Shown here: one piece after another, positions 63,690 to 64,000 of the stretch
How the letters are laid out: each line of letters starts with the position of its first letter
Numbering within the stretch: position 1 is the first letter of the stretch
Assembly (NCBI RefSeq): GCF_001194135.2
Contig: NC_068992.1
Span: 7,950,762 to 8,014,761, forward strand
Reading direction: 5' to 3'
DNA length: 64,000 bases
From: Octopus bimaculoides
Lineage: Eukaryota
Notes under the pieces: generated by a model
Told to the model about the DNA's origin: nothing
The model's database searches: none
Seen by the model: only the letters and a program-made list of their open reading frames with translations
Program-made: the position numbers and the translations under genes

Positions 63690-63962
63690 CATAATAATGA
63701 TAAAGGTTTCAAGTTATGGAACAGAGCCAGCAGTTTCTGAGGTGAGGAGAAGTCGATTACATCAATCTCCCCAGTGTTCAACTAGTACTTAATCTTATCA
63801 ACCCTGACAGGGTGAAAGGCAAAGTTGACCTCGATGGAAGTTGAACTCAGACAGACAAAATGCTGCTAAATATTTTGTCCAGTGTGCTAATGATTCTGCC
63901 AGCTCACTGGAATAATATAAATGATAATAATAATAATAATAATAATACATACATACATACAT

Positions 63963-64000
<38 letters not shown>

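Overview
This is AT-rich eukaryotic (metazoan) genomic DNA from a gapped draft scaffold (7 N-runs). It is most likely an octopus/coleoid cephalopod, inferred from the tRNA-derived SINE families, RTE LINE relics and extreme microsatellite load; no database was consulted. Two spliced + strand genes can be reconstructed by hand with GT-AG junctions and consistent frame. (1) UBAP1 (ESCRT-I subunit; UMA domain, long linker, SOUBA domain): 7 coding exons at 34178-43658, 592 aa. (2) A secreted protein with about 7 chitin-binding type-2 (peritrophin-A) domains: 4 exons at 54817-61058, 501 aa. The rest is a dense mix of SINEs (3 families), RTE and R4/Dong-type non-LTR relics, a Ty3/gypsy gag-protease relic, Tigger, mariner, Chapaev, hAT and piggyBac-type DNA elements, and simple repeats. 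Most of the supplied ORF track is spurious (N-gaps, microsatellites). Best leads: a tyrosine-motif (YxN) and proline-motif scaffold inside the UBAP1 linker; covarying tandem double-hairpin units inside an RTE-tailed retroposon; (TAA)n-targeted R4/Dong insertions; and a CpG-decay pattern suggesting an unrecognised gene body over the left ~26 kb.
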